The position numbers were made by a program, and so were the translations under genes. The notes below the pieces were generated by a model. That model did no database searches. It saw only the letters and a list, made by a program, of their open reading frames with translations, and was not told the origin of the DNA. Positions 1 through 7,624 of a DNA stretch of 22,605 bases are shown here, one piece after another. Each line of letters opens with the position of its first letter. Positions within the stretch are counted from its first letter, which is position 1. Source of the DNA: Candidatus Thorarchaeota archaeon (GTDB lineage: Archaea; Asgardarchaeota; Thorarchaeia; Thorarchaeales; Thorarchaeaceae). Location of the stretch: positions 1 to 22,605 of the forward strand of contig JAEORO010000021.1 of assembly GCA_016840855.1 (NCBI GenBank), written 5' to 3'.

Positions 1-134
1 CGCTGCATAATGTCAGTCCCAGTCATTTCACTAGACTTTAAGAGACGAGGAATAATATGTCGAAGAAGACCTCTAGGCACCGATTGTGGCATATCAAGAT
101 GTTCACAGTCTTTCTGAGGCTCTTCGTGGTTCAT
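1..134 (-). CDS. PadR-family winged-helix transcriptional regulator, N-terminal part (runs off the left edge; not in the ORF track)
   Basis: Manual translation from ATG at 134: MNHEEPQKDCEHLDMPQSVPRGLLRHIIPRLLKSSEMTGTDIMQ, open to the edge. RGLLRxxIxxLL-x3-MTGxDIM matches the PadR helix1-helix2 pattern. AAGGTG SD-like sequence just upstream. Confidence 0.8.
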   Translation of the reverse strand, partial: MNHEEPQKDCEHLDMPQSVPRGLLRHIIPRLLKSSEMTGTDIMQ

Positions 135-151
135 TTACAACACCTTCTTAT

Positions 152-201
152 TATCGGATGCGATTATCGAATGCGATATTCTACCATATCGAATGCGATA
201 T
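152..201. promoter_or_regulatory. Three palindromic operator-like boxes, TATCG-N4-CGATA
   Basis: TATCGGATGCGATT (152-165), TATCGAATGCGATA (165-178) and TATCGAATGCGATA (187-200, extendable to ATATCG-AATG-CGATAT at 186-201), between the divergent PadR-like and DUF2070 genes. Confidence 0.75.
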
Positions 202-212
202 AAAGGCTTTGA
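198..212 (-). promoter_or_regulatory. Putative BRE/TATA promoter of the PadR-like gene
   Basis: Minus strand reads CAAAGCC-TTTATAT, a purine-rich BRE-like stretch followed by a TATA box at 204-198 that overlaps operator box 3. Confidence 0.5.
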
Positions 213-288
213 TAAGTACACCCTGACAGCTAGGGGAAGTTTGATAAGACCCAGACTAAGGAAATTGCCAAAAGCGAGTGATGTAATC

Positions 289-2115
289 TTGGGAGAAAAG
301 GCGAAGGTTAAGGAAACAGTTAGACTCTACTCAAAAGTTTGGCGGCTTCCTTCATATCGTCAAATAGTTGTGAGAATGATTCTTCTCGTCTTTATTGGCT
401 CATTAATTCTATCTGCCACCAAGGGATTACTTCTTGATGTATTCATGGGTTATTCAATCATCCTTGGAGTACCAGTTTTCATTGGTTCAGGACTTCTCTA
501 TGCAATAGCTACAGATGAGGGGTCTCCCCTAAATGGAAGAAGAACTGCTGGATTGGTCCATTTTGGATTGATCTTTTGGATAACTTTGAGTGCAATTGGA
601 GGTATTCTTGATGCAATTGCATCTTCAAACATACTTGAAATCAGATTCTCGATATTGGGAGTATCTATTGCATACTTAGCATTCGCTTTTCTAGTAAATG
701 GGTTAAGTGACCATCATCCTGTAAGGAACACGATTGCGGCTCTAATGCCGCCAATCCTTTGGATAATTCTGGAATTACTGCTTGCTCCGATGAATACTGC
801 ACTCCCAATTTTGCCAGGATTATGGTATATTCCAATTGTCAGTTCCTTGATCATTGCTTCACTTGTGGTTCATTATATCTACAGGGCGGTGAGCGTGCCA
901 TTCGAAAGAGACCTCGGTATCAACGGCCCTCGACTCCTTCGAGCATTTGGTCACGATTACTTAGCGGATAATCCAAAACCATTTGAAGAAATACTTACCA
1001 AAATCGCAACAATTCAGGATATTCCAGTAGAAATCATCATATTTCGGGATGAAGAAGGTCCAGTCGCATGTGGAGTAATTCAATATGTACACCCAGGGCC
1101 TTTCAGAGATATTGGCAGTAGCGACCTTCCATCCGTAATCATAGAACACGTTCAGAAAAAACATGGAATACCTGCATTTGTAATGCATGGAAGTTGTACA
1201 CATCAGCAGAATCTGACAACAAAAGACGATTATCCTATTGTACTCGAAGAAATTGACAGACTGATCGAGAGTACTGAAGTCCACGAACTTATTTCAGGAC
1301 CCCACTGGTATGATGGCGGAAAATTCAAGGTATGGAGTCTCTTTGTAGGTAACGATGTTCTCACAATTAGCACAAGCTCACCTGAGTTCACTGATGACAT
1401 CTCGTTAGATGTGGGATATGATGTAGCAAATATGATCAGAGAAAGACTACCTCAAGTTGAGGGTGTGGCAGTCGTAGACGCTCATAATTGCATTAATGGT
1501 TCGGCTATTTCTGTTAATCAAGGAGATCCAGAAGCAGGTGAATATGTAGGTGCAGTTTCAGGAGCTGTGTTCTCGAGTATAAATAACGAAAAAACCAAAG
1601 TGCAACTTGGAATGCATCAGATTATTCCTGATGATATAACTCAGTCTGAGGGAATGGGGCCTGGTGGCATAATAGCTGTCATCCTGAATGTGGGAGAACG
1701 TGAAGTGGCTTTAATTTCAGTAGATGGTAACAATATGGAGCTAGGATTTAGAGAGCAAATTCAGAGTTTACTAAAAGCACAAGGATTTGATGATTCGGAA
1801 ATTATTACGACAGATACTCATGTAGTAAATGCAATTTCACTCTCAAGCAGAGGTTATCCTCCAATTGGCCGCCACAAACCGAATGAAACTATAGAACATA
1901 TATTAGCTGCTTCGATTAAAGCTCGAGAAAGGGTCCAACCAGTAAAAGTTGGTCTTGGGTTTGGAAAAGCAAAGAAACTTCGGACATTCGGGGAGAAGGG
2001 ATTTGATATTCTCACTCAAGATGTTGCTGAAGCAGCGGGTATTGCCAAGCGAGTGGGGATAAGGGCAGGAGTAGGATCAATTCTGCTCTATATACTCCTT
2101 GCATTTTTAATATAG
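289..2115 (+). CDS. DUF2070-family membrane protein (predicted membrane-associated hydrolase, neutral ceramidase-like superfamily)
   Basis: About 6 N-terminal TM helices, then a soluble domain with HPGPF, HGSCTH, DAHN, DGNN and TTDTH motifs, and a C-terminal TM helix. Start moved from ATG193 (inside an operator box) to in-frame TTG289, preceded by GAGTGA. Confidence 0.8.
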   Translation: MGEKAKVKETVRLYSKVWRLPSYRQIVVRMILLVFIGSLILSATKGLLLDVFMGYSIILGVPVFIGSGLLYAIATDEGSPLNGRRTAGLVHFGLIFWITLSAIGGILDAIASSNILEIRFSILGVSIAYLAFAFLVNGLSDHHPVRNTIAALMPPILWIILELLLAPMNTALPILPGLWYIPIVSSLIIASLVVHYIYRAVSVPFERDLGINGPRLLRAFGHDYLADNPKPFEEILTKIATIQDIPVEIIIFRDEEGPVACGVIQYVHPGPFRDIGSSDLPSVIIEHVQKKHGIPAFVMHGSCTHQQNLTTKDDYPIVLEEIDRLIESTEVHELISGPHWYDGGKFKVWSLFVGNDVLTISTSSPEFTDDISLDVGYDVANMIRERLPQVEGVAVVDAHNCINGSAISVNQGDPEAGEYVGAVSGAVFSSINNEKTKVQLGMHQIIPDDITQSEGMGPGGIIAVILNVGEREVALISVDGNNMELGFREQIQSLLKAQGFDDSEIITTDTHVVNAISLSSRGYPPIGRHKPNETIEHILAASIKARERVQPVKVGLGFGKAKKLRTFGEKGFDILTQDVAEAAGIAKRVGIRAGVGSILLYILLAFLI

Positions 2116-2192
2116 GTAGCATGTTCCAGTCGTTTCGATAGAGGTATATGCATAAGTTCTATTCCTGAAAATCGAGTCGATAGGTGACAATA

Positions 2193-2759
2193 ATGACAAA
2201 GAGGGTTCTTGTTTGTCTAACTGGTGCTAGTGGGGCCATCTATGGAGTTAGATTGATTAGAGCACTGAAGTCAAACGACCATGAAGTTCACTTAATCGTT
2301 AGTAAGTGGGGGGAAGAAACCCTCAAGTATGAAACAGGAATTGATGTGCAGAATCTCAAAAAAGAAACAGACTTCAACTATGATGAACATGATCTCTCAG
2401 CAGGTCCTGCAAGTGGTACGTTTCCAATCGATTCCATGGTTGTCATTCCCTGCTCAATGAAGACACTTGCTGGAATTGCTCATGGATACGCTGATAACCT
2501 CATAGCCCGTGCTGCCGATTGCGCTCTTAAGGAGAGAAGGACACTTATTCTAGTTCCAAGAGAGTCGCCACTAAATCTTATTCAAATTAGAAATATGGCA
2601 ACAGTAACTGAAGCAGGAGGAATAGTGATTCCAGCAAGTCCTGCATTCTGGGCAAAACCAAAGACAATTGATGAGCTGGTTGACTCAGTGGTAGAGCGAG
2701 TCTTGTCTCACTTGGGGATTGGGGATGAAAAGCGTGCTACATGGACCGGGGAGTCCTAG
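2193..2759 (+). CDS. ubiX: Flavin prenyltransferase UbiX
   Basis: Motifs TGASGAIYG, ASGT, PCSMKTLAGIAHG, RAADCALKERR, PRESP and PAFW. ATG2193 follows GGTGA (2183-2187); the track's GTG2184 lies inside that SD. Confidence 0.95.
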   Translation: MTKRVLVCLTGASGAIYGVRLIRALKSNDHEVHLIVSKWGEETLKYETGIDVQNLKKETDFNYDEHDLSAGPASGTFPIDSMVVIPCSMKTLAGIAHGYADNLIARAADCALKERRTLILVPRESPLNLIQIRNMATVTEAGGIVIPASPAFWAKPKTIDELVDSVVERVLSHLGIGDEKRATWTGES

Positions 2760-2761
2760 CA

Positions 2762-4624
2762 TCAACCCCAATGCAAAAGAGTGCCACAGTGCTCACAGAC
2801 AACCGTTTCTCCAGGAAGAGCACGTTTTGGTAATGCCGCACCACATTGGACACACTCGATTTTCCTTGGCGCAGTGTCACCAGTCTTAGCTTGGAGGCGG
2901 AGAAGGACTTCTCGTAAATTATCACGCATCTCTGAAAGAAGCATGTTCATTTTATTCTCATCATCGCTTGTAACTGAGATCCTCATTGTCAAATTCTCTT
3001 TTGAAACAGAGCCAATCACTATGTATTGTGTGCCAGATAGAGCTTTCCCATAGTACCACGATTCCTCGCCATTCTTAGTTCCACTCTTTTCTCCGACAAA
3101 TTTCACGCTTTGTTGCTCAATGACATCATTGACAATGTCTATCATTTCTTGTAAGTCTGCATCTGGTTCAATCTGATATTCTGCAGCTCTCTCGGTTTGG
3201 AGACTGGTTTCAAGGAGTTTCTCCAAGTCGTTCATTGTCATTGTTGAAAGATACGCATCGCGAGCAATAGCTGCATGTGAGGTAGGAATTTCAACTTGGC
3301 TATCTCCATGTTGTTCACAGCTGAGAAATGCTTCAGATTTATCCCCTTTATCATCAATATGCGACAAAGTAAGTTGATTGTGACACTTGTGGCATTCATA
3401 TAACTGACAGTAGAATCTTTCGACAACAGGTTCGCTTGCTCCTATATGCAGATGTCTTTCAAATCCATGACCATTCCGACATTCCATCTTTAAAGTAATG
3501 ATATTGTTACGAACCTTGGCATCACGGATTGTCATTGGAGATTTACATTTCTCACATACTAGGCTCTCTTCAGTCGAAGGCATTCTATCAATGTGCTTGT
3601 TTCTTTCCTCAACATGTTTGAAAATGCCTACACTCACGTTTTTCTTAAAATCACCATGAACTGGACATATGAGTTTTAATTCTACTTCGTTGCCACTGAC
3701 CTTGGTTTCTATAATGTCAACAACAAGATTGCAGTCATTGCACTTCAGGACACCACTGACAATAGAATCAATTGCTTCCTCGTCTAAGTCTGCGGGTTGA
3801 GATAGTTCAATACTATGACCATTCATGCAACTGCATTTCAGTTTGTATTTCATTTTGTCAAGTTCAATGGACTTTATCGATAATGAGTTCCCACAATCAC
3901 GACAGTTCAGCATCGACCTTACGATGCTTCCTTCAGACATTGCCTCCACAATTGATTCAATCATCCATGCATATTCTGCAGGAAGTTCCTTCTTCATTTT
4001 ACCATGTGCCGGGCATACAAGCTCAACCTGAGCCTTGTTTCCTTTGGGTTGTGTTCCTAATACTTGACATGGTAATCCACCTTGATCACAATGGATGAGC
4101 CTCTTCACAACTGTTTTGAGTACTGACTCGTCTGCAATCTTTGGAATAAATCTCATCTCTTTGTGACCATTAGGACATCGTAATTTAACTTCAAGAATCC
4201 CTTTCTTTTCAGAAATCTCAGAAACGGCAAACACTTCACTGCACTTAGGACAACTCAAAGAGTCAAGGATGGACTTTGAACAGTTCATTCCACCTTGCAT
4301 GCCTGCTACAGCGGTGTGATAGAAGGCAGGAATCTCCCTTCTTTGAAGACCATGTATTGGGCAGACAAAGATGTACTCTGCTTTATGTTTACCAACATCT
4401 GTGTTCATTAATGTCATTGTGGAGCCACATTCTATGCACGTAAAGATACCTTCGAAGACTTCATTTGCCATACTATCAGCTTGGTATCTCGAAATGTCCC
4501 GTTTCCCCTTGTGCCCATTCAGACATTGGCAATAGACTCGAAGCGTTTGACCTTTAAGTTCACCAGCTTGAACATAGAAAGGTTCTTTGCATTTCTTACA
4601 AGTGAAAATTGCTCTCTCCTCCAC
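2762..4624 (-). CDS. Hypothetical protein: 8 tandem CxxC-x21-Cx2/3H metal-ribbon repeats + appendage platform-like domain + C-terminal CxxC..CxxC ribbon (620 aa)
   Basis: Repeats alternate CxNGH and CPxHG-type endings (CLNGH, CPIHG, CPNGH, CPAHG, CMNGH, CPVHG, CRNGH, CEQHG); ends with CVQC...CEHC. Collinear paralogue of 4700-6973 (shared IDRMPS, CEKC, ECRNGH). Confidence 0.85.
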   Translation of the reverse strand: MEERAIFTCKKCKEPFYVQAGELKGQTLRVYCQCLNGHKGKRDISRYQADSMANEVFEGIFTCIECGSTMTLMNTDVGKHKAEYIFVCPIHGLQRREIPAFYHTAVAGMQGGMNCSKSILDSLSCPKCSEVFAVSEISEKKGILEVKLRCPNGHKEMRFIPKIADESVLKTVVKRLIHCDQGGLPCQVLGTQPKGNKAQVELVCPAHGKMKKELPAEYAWMIESIVEAMSEGSIVRSMLNCRDCGNSLSIKSIELDKMKYKLKCSCMNGHSIELSQPADLDEEAIDSIVSGVLKCNDCNLVVDIIETKVSGNEVELKLICPVHGDFKKNVSVGIFKHVEERNKHIDRMPSTEESLVCEKCKSPMTIRDAKVRNNIITLKMECRNGHGFERHLHIGASEPVVERFYCQLYECHKCHNQLTLSHIDDKGDKSEAFLSCEQHGDSQVEIPTSHAAIARDAYLSTMTMNDLEKLLETSLQTERAAEYQIEPDADLQEMIDIVNDVIEQQSVKFVGEKSGTKNGEESWYYGKALSGTQYIVIGSVSKENLTMRISVTSDDENKMNMLLSEMRDNLREVLLRLQAKTGDTAPRKIECVQCGAALPKRALPGETVVCEHCGTLLHWG

Positions 4625-4699
4625 TTGGTGTGCGGCAGCGAACCAAAACCAGTTGTGTTAAGCTCCCTAAAAGATATTACGTAAACACAAATAATGCCT

Positions 4700-6973
4700 T
4701 TACTGGAGATAAAGAGCAATAGTTAGAGTAGCTGTGCAGTACTTACAGCGAACAGGAAGTCGTCGTCCCATCTCTTCCACCTGTTCAATTTCTAAAGGTG
4801 CACCGCAACGAAGACAGACCCAGGAGTCCATTGTGTCAGCTAATTCATCAATAGTTGTGGGCAACATGGCTATATCTTCTCCTAGTGCCTCCACTCTCAC
4901 ACTTGAATGTCGTCCGTTCTCTGGACCACTAATGAGAATGATAACTGCAACTTTCTTCTGTGTGTACTTGCCTTCAGCATATCCCCTAATAGTGCCTATG
5001 AATTCTCCACCCACTATCCGTTCTTCACAGTCCACGATATGAAAATTCTTTGCCGGTAGTATCTTTTCAGCTTTGGTAAAAAGAACTTGAGCATTCCATT
5101 CCAATGTTTGTTCTTGCTGTGTCCTCTCGAGTCCAGTTAGTAGTAGCTCGAATGTTTCCGTAGTTTTCTTTAAGGGCTGAAGCAAGTCGCAAACAGAACG
5201 AATCAAATAAGGTTCAACACTCACTGTGTGGAGTTGATCTAAAAAGTCAATATAGGAAACCGTGGCTACAACTTTGCCTTGTACACAATCCTTTGTTGGA
5301 TAGAATGTGAATTGAGGGCTTCTAAAGCCTCCAACTTCAATTCTTGATATTGTCTTGACACTCTCACCAGTCAGTTCCATACAATCTTGAGGATATGCTA
5401 CAATTGAAACAGTGACATTAGTAATTACATATCCACTATCATTTTTCACCTTCACTTTAAAGTCGAACTTACCACCGACAATTTCGCAACCTCTGAGTAC
5501 TGCAACACCGGTTTCGCATGTAGAAGTTGCAGTTGAAACTGCTAGGATGTCCGGACCTTCCGGTTCAGGAACTTCTACAGGTGGCCGTTTTTTGTCTTCT
5601 TGCATCTCATTGTACGCAGATTGCATTGCCTCTGCGTGGTCTGGAGGGATATCAAGCACTGTTTTACCATGAAGTGAGCACAGTAAAACAACCCTATCTT
5701 CTCGAGTGTGAGGTTCTATGTAGACTAGTTCGAGATCTTCATAACATTCTGGACATTGATAGAGTCTTTTGTAGAGACCAGTGAGCGTTTTGTGATCCAG
5801 ACCGGGAATAAACAACCTACTACTACGGTGTCCATTCCGACATTCAACATCTAGCTCAATCAGTCCCCGTCTTTCTTCGACATCTCGCACATTTACGGGC
5901 ATGCTACATTTTTCGCAGCTTAGACTACGAATTATCGAAGGCATGCGATCAATACGGGACTGATTTTCCTCAACCAACTTAAAGACGTCAGGTGGTGCGT
6001 CACGTTTCATCACACCGTGAACTGGACAGACGATTCTAAAGCTTATCTTCTTCTTTGTTCTCTTTTTATCAAGAATATGCGTGAGGTTTCCACATTCCTC
6101 GCAGGTTAGAAGAGCAATAGCGATTCGTGTTATGACGGGTTCAGTCCAAATGATGGGTAAAACTCTATCGGAGGTGCTCTTTGTACCTGGACAAATACAT
6201 TTCAGCTTGAAACCCTGCTTTCCTTCTTCAATGCTCCTAATAGCAAGAGCATGACTGCAGTCATGAGCGGCAAGTGAAGACTTGACAACAGCGTCCTCAG
6301 GAATCTCAGATACAGCCTCTTGGAGTAAATCAAGATGTGTAGAAAGAATGTCCTTCTTTGATGCACCGTGAATAGGACATGATGTTGTTAACCGAGTAGT
6401 GTTTCCGCGTCGCTCCACATCAGTTATATGACCTGGCAAGCCGCATTTATCACAATGAACAACTCTCTGTAGAATATTCTTTAGTAATGGGATTTCAAGA
6501 CTGCTGGGGAGATACCTCGTTGTTTTGTGACCATTGGCACATCTGACTTCTAATTCGAGAACTCCTTGTCGGAGGTCAACCTCATTTACAGCATACACAA
6601 GACCACATTGGGAGCATCTAAATGAATCAATAATAGAACGAGGACTATCGACATCAGCACCCACAAGTTCAACCATTGCTTGAAAAGAACGAGGAAACTC
6701 ACGTTTCTGCGGCCCATGTATTGGGCAGAGGAAAACACTCTCGATACTGTTTCCTTGACCACGTTCTTCAATATGAGTCATATTTGATCCGCATTCAGTG
6801 CAAGTGTATAATTTCTTGAACACCTCGAATCCCATGTCTTTAGCTTGATGTTCAGATAATCGACGAACACTCTTGTGGCCTCGAAGACATTGTACATGCA
6901 TTGTTAGAATCTTCTCATTCATCTCAGCGCTTCGAATGTAAAGGGGTTCGCCACATGTCTTGCAGGAAAACAC
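4700..6973 (-). CDS. Hypothetical protein: 8 tandem metal-ribbon repeats + Pro/Glu linker + adaptin/coatomer appendage (beta-sandwich + platform)-like module + C-terminal Zn ribbon (757 aa)
   Basis: Same eight-repeat array; linker RPPVEVPEPEGP; beta-rich FKVKVKNDSGYVITNVTV...ATVSYID; junction VCDLLQPLKKTTETFELL; ends with CLRC...CKYC. GTG start after a GGTG SD. The CDS is secure, the ear-domain call is less so. Confidence 0.85.
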   Translation of the reverse strand: MFSCKTCGEPLYIRSAEMNEKILTMHVQCLRGHKSVRRLSEHQAKDMGFEVFKKLYTCTECGSNMTHIEERGQGNSIESVFLCPIHGPQKREFPRSFQAMVELVGADVDSPRSIIDSFRCSQCGLVYAVNEVDLRQGVLELEVRCANGHKTTRYLPSSLEIPLLKNILQRVVHCDKCGLPGHITDVERRGNTTRLTTSCPIHGASKKDILSTHLDLLQEAVSEIPEDAVVKSSLAAHDCSHALAIRSIEEGKQGFKLKCICPGTKSTSDRVLPIIWTEPVITRIAIALLTCEECGNLTHILDKKRTKKKISFRIVCPVHGVMKRDAPPDVFKLVEENQSRIDRMPSIIRSLSCEKCSMPVNVRDVEERRGLIELDVECRNGHRSSRLFIPGLDHKTLTGLYKRLYQCPECYEDLELVYIEPHTREDRVVLLCSLHGKTVLDIPPDHAEAMQSAYNEMQEDKKRPPVEVPEPEGPDILAVSTATSTCETGVAVLRGCEIVGGKFDFKVKVKNDSGYVITNVTVSIVAYPQDCMELTGESVKTISRIEVGGFRSPQFTFYPTKDCVQGKVVATVSYIDFLDQLHTVSVEPYLIRSVCDLLQPLKKTTETFELLLTGLERTQQEQTLEWNAQVLFTKAEKILPAKNFHIVDCEERIVGGEFIGTIRGYAEGKYTQKKVAVIILISGPENGRHSSVRVEALGEDIAMLPTTIDELADTMDSWVCLRCGAPLEIEQVEEMGRRLPVRCKYCTATLTIALYLQ

Positions 6974-7081
6974 AACTATGCACCACTGAAGTAGAAAACC
7001 TAGCTAGGTACTGATTTTCATGATGCACTATTAAGGGAATTTCAGGTGAGTTCATATGTGATTAGATTGATTGCATATGAT

Positions 7082-7561
7082 CTAATCTTCGTCCGACTCT
7101 GAGTCTTCGTTTTCATCCTCGTCTTCTGAAACCTCTTTTACAGTAGGTTTTGGTGTTTGTTTCTTTTTCTTTGATTCAATGAAACCTTCTAAGTCCTTTA
7201 CAATAGGGACATCAGCTCTTTGAAGAGCTAATGAAGCACCATAGAATATAATCAAGATTCCACCAAAAACAATCAACGCAGGTCCAATAACCCAACCTAC
7301 AAGTGGTACATAATTGACATAGTAGCCTAGCACATAGATAAGTCCTCCAATCAATAAACCAGGAAAAGCGACATTTACAGTTTTAGTCATCGCTGATTCG
7401 ACTGTCAGAATGCAAGTTAATCCGAATCCAACAACTAAGAAAAATGGGTATATAAGTGGTACAAAGAAACCCAAATACCAAATTACTGCTCCAATTAAAA
7501 TCATCAAGATATTTTGTGATGATGTCACTTGTTCAAATACTTCTAGTGGTTTGTCACTCAT
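7082..7561 (-). CDS. Hypothetical membrane protein, about 4 TM helices, with a basic then acidic C-terminal tail
   Basis: Two hydrophobic hairpins and tail KKKKQTPKPTVKEVSEDEDENEDSESDED. ATG7561 follows GGTGAG; the track's GTG7570 lies inside that SD. Confidence 0.8.
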   Translation of the reverse strand: MSDKPLEVFEQVTSSQNILMILIGAVIWYLGFFVPLIYPFFLVVGFGLTCILTVESAMTKTVNVAFPGLLIGGLIYVLGYYVNYVPLVGWVIGPALIVFGGILIIFYGASLALQRADVPIVKDLEGFIESKKKKQTPKPTVKEVSEDEDENEDSESDED

Positions 7562-7624
7562 TGTTCTCACCGATTAAAAGGACATAGAGAACGTGTGATA
7601 TTATATATTGTGGAATAGAACACA

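Noticed and set aside
152-200. Possible CRISPR or mini tandem-repeat array
   Set aside because: Units are 14 bp with 0-8 bp between them, far too short for CRISPR, and no cas genes are present; better explained as operators.
193-288. Track start ATG193 for the DUF2070 gene
   Set aside because: The ATG is the spacer of operator box 3 and sits beside TATA-like sequence; TTG289 has an SD-like motif and fits better.
2170-2182. ATCG-AGT-CGATA upstream of ubiX as a fourth operator box
   Set aside because: Spacer is 3 bp rather than 4 and the left arm is imperfect; not supportable without a genome-wide motif model.
2762-6973. Multiheme cytochrome or polyferredoxin reading of the Cys-rich proteins
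   Set aside because: Only one incidental CxxCH (CHKCH), no signal peptide and no CxxCxxCxxxC motifs; the spacing fits mononuclear metal ribbons.
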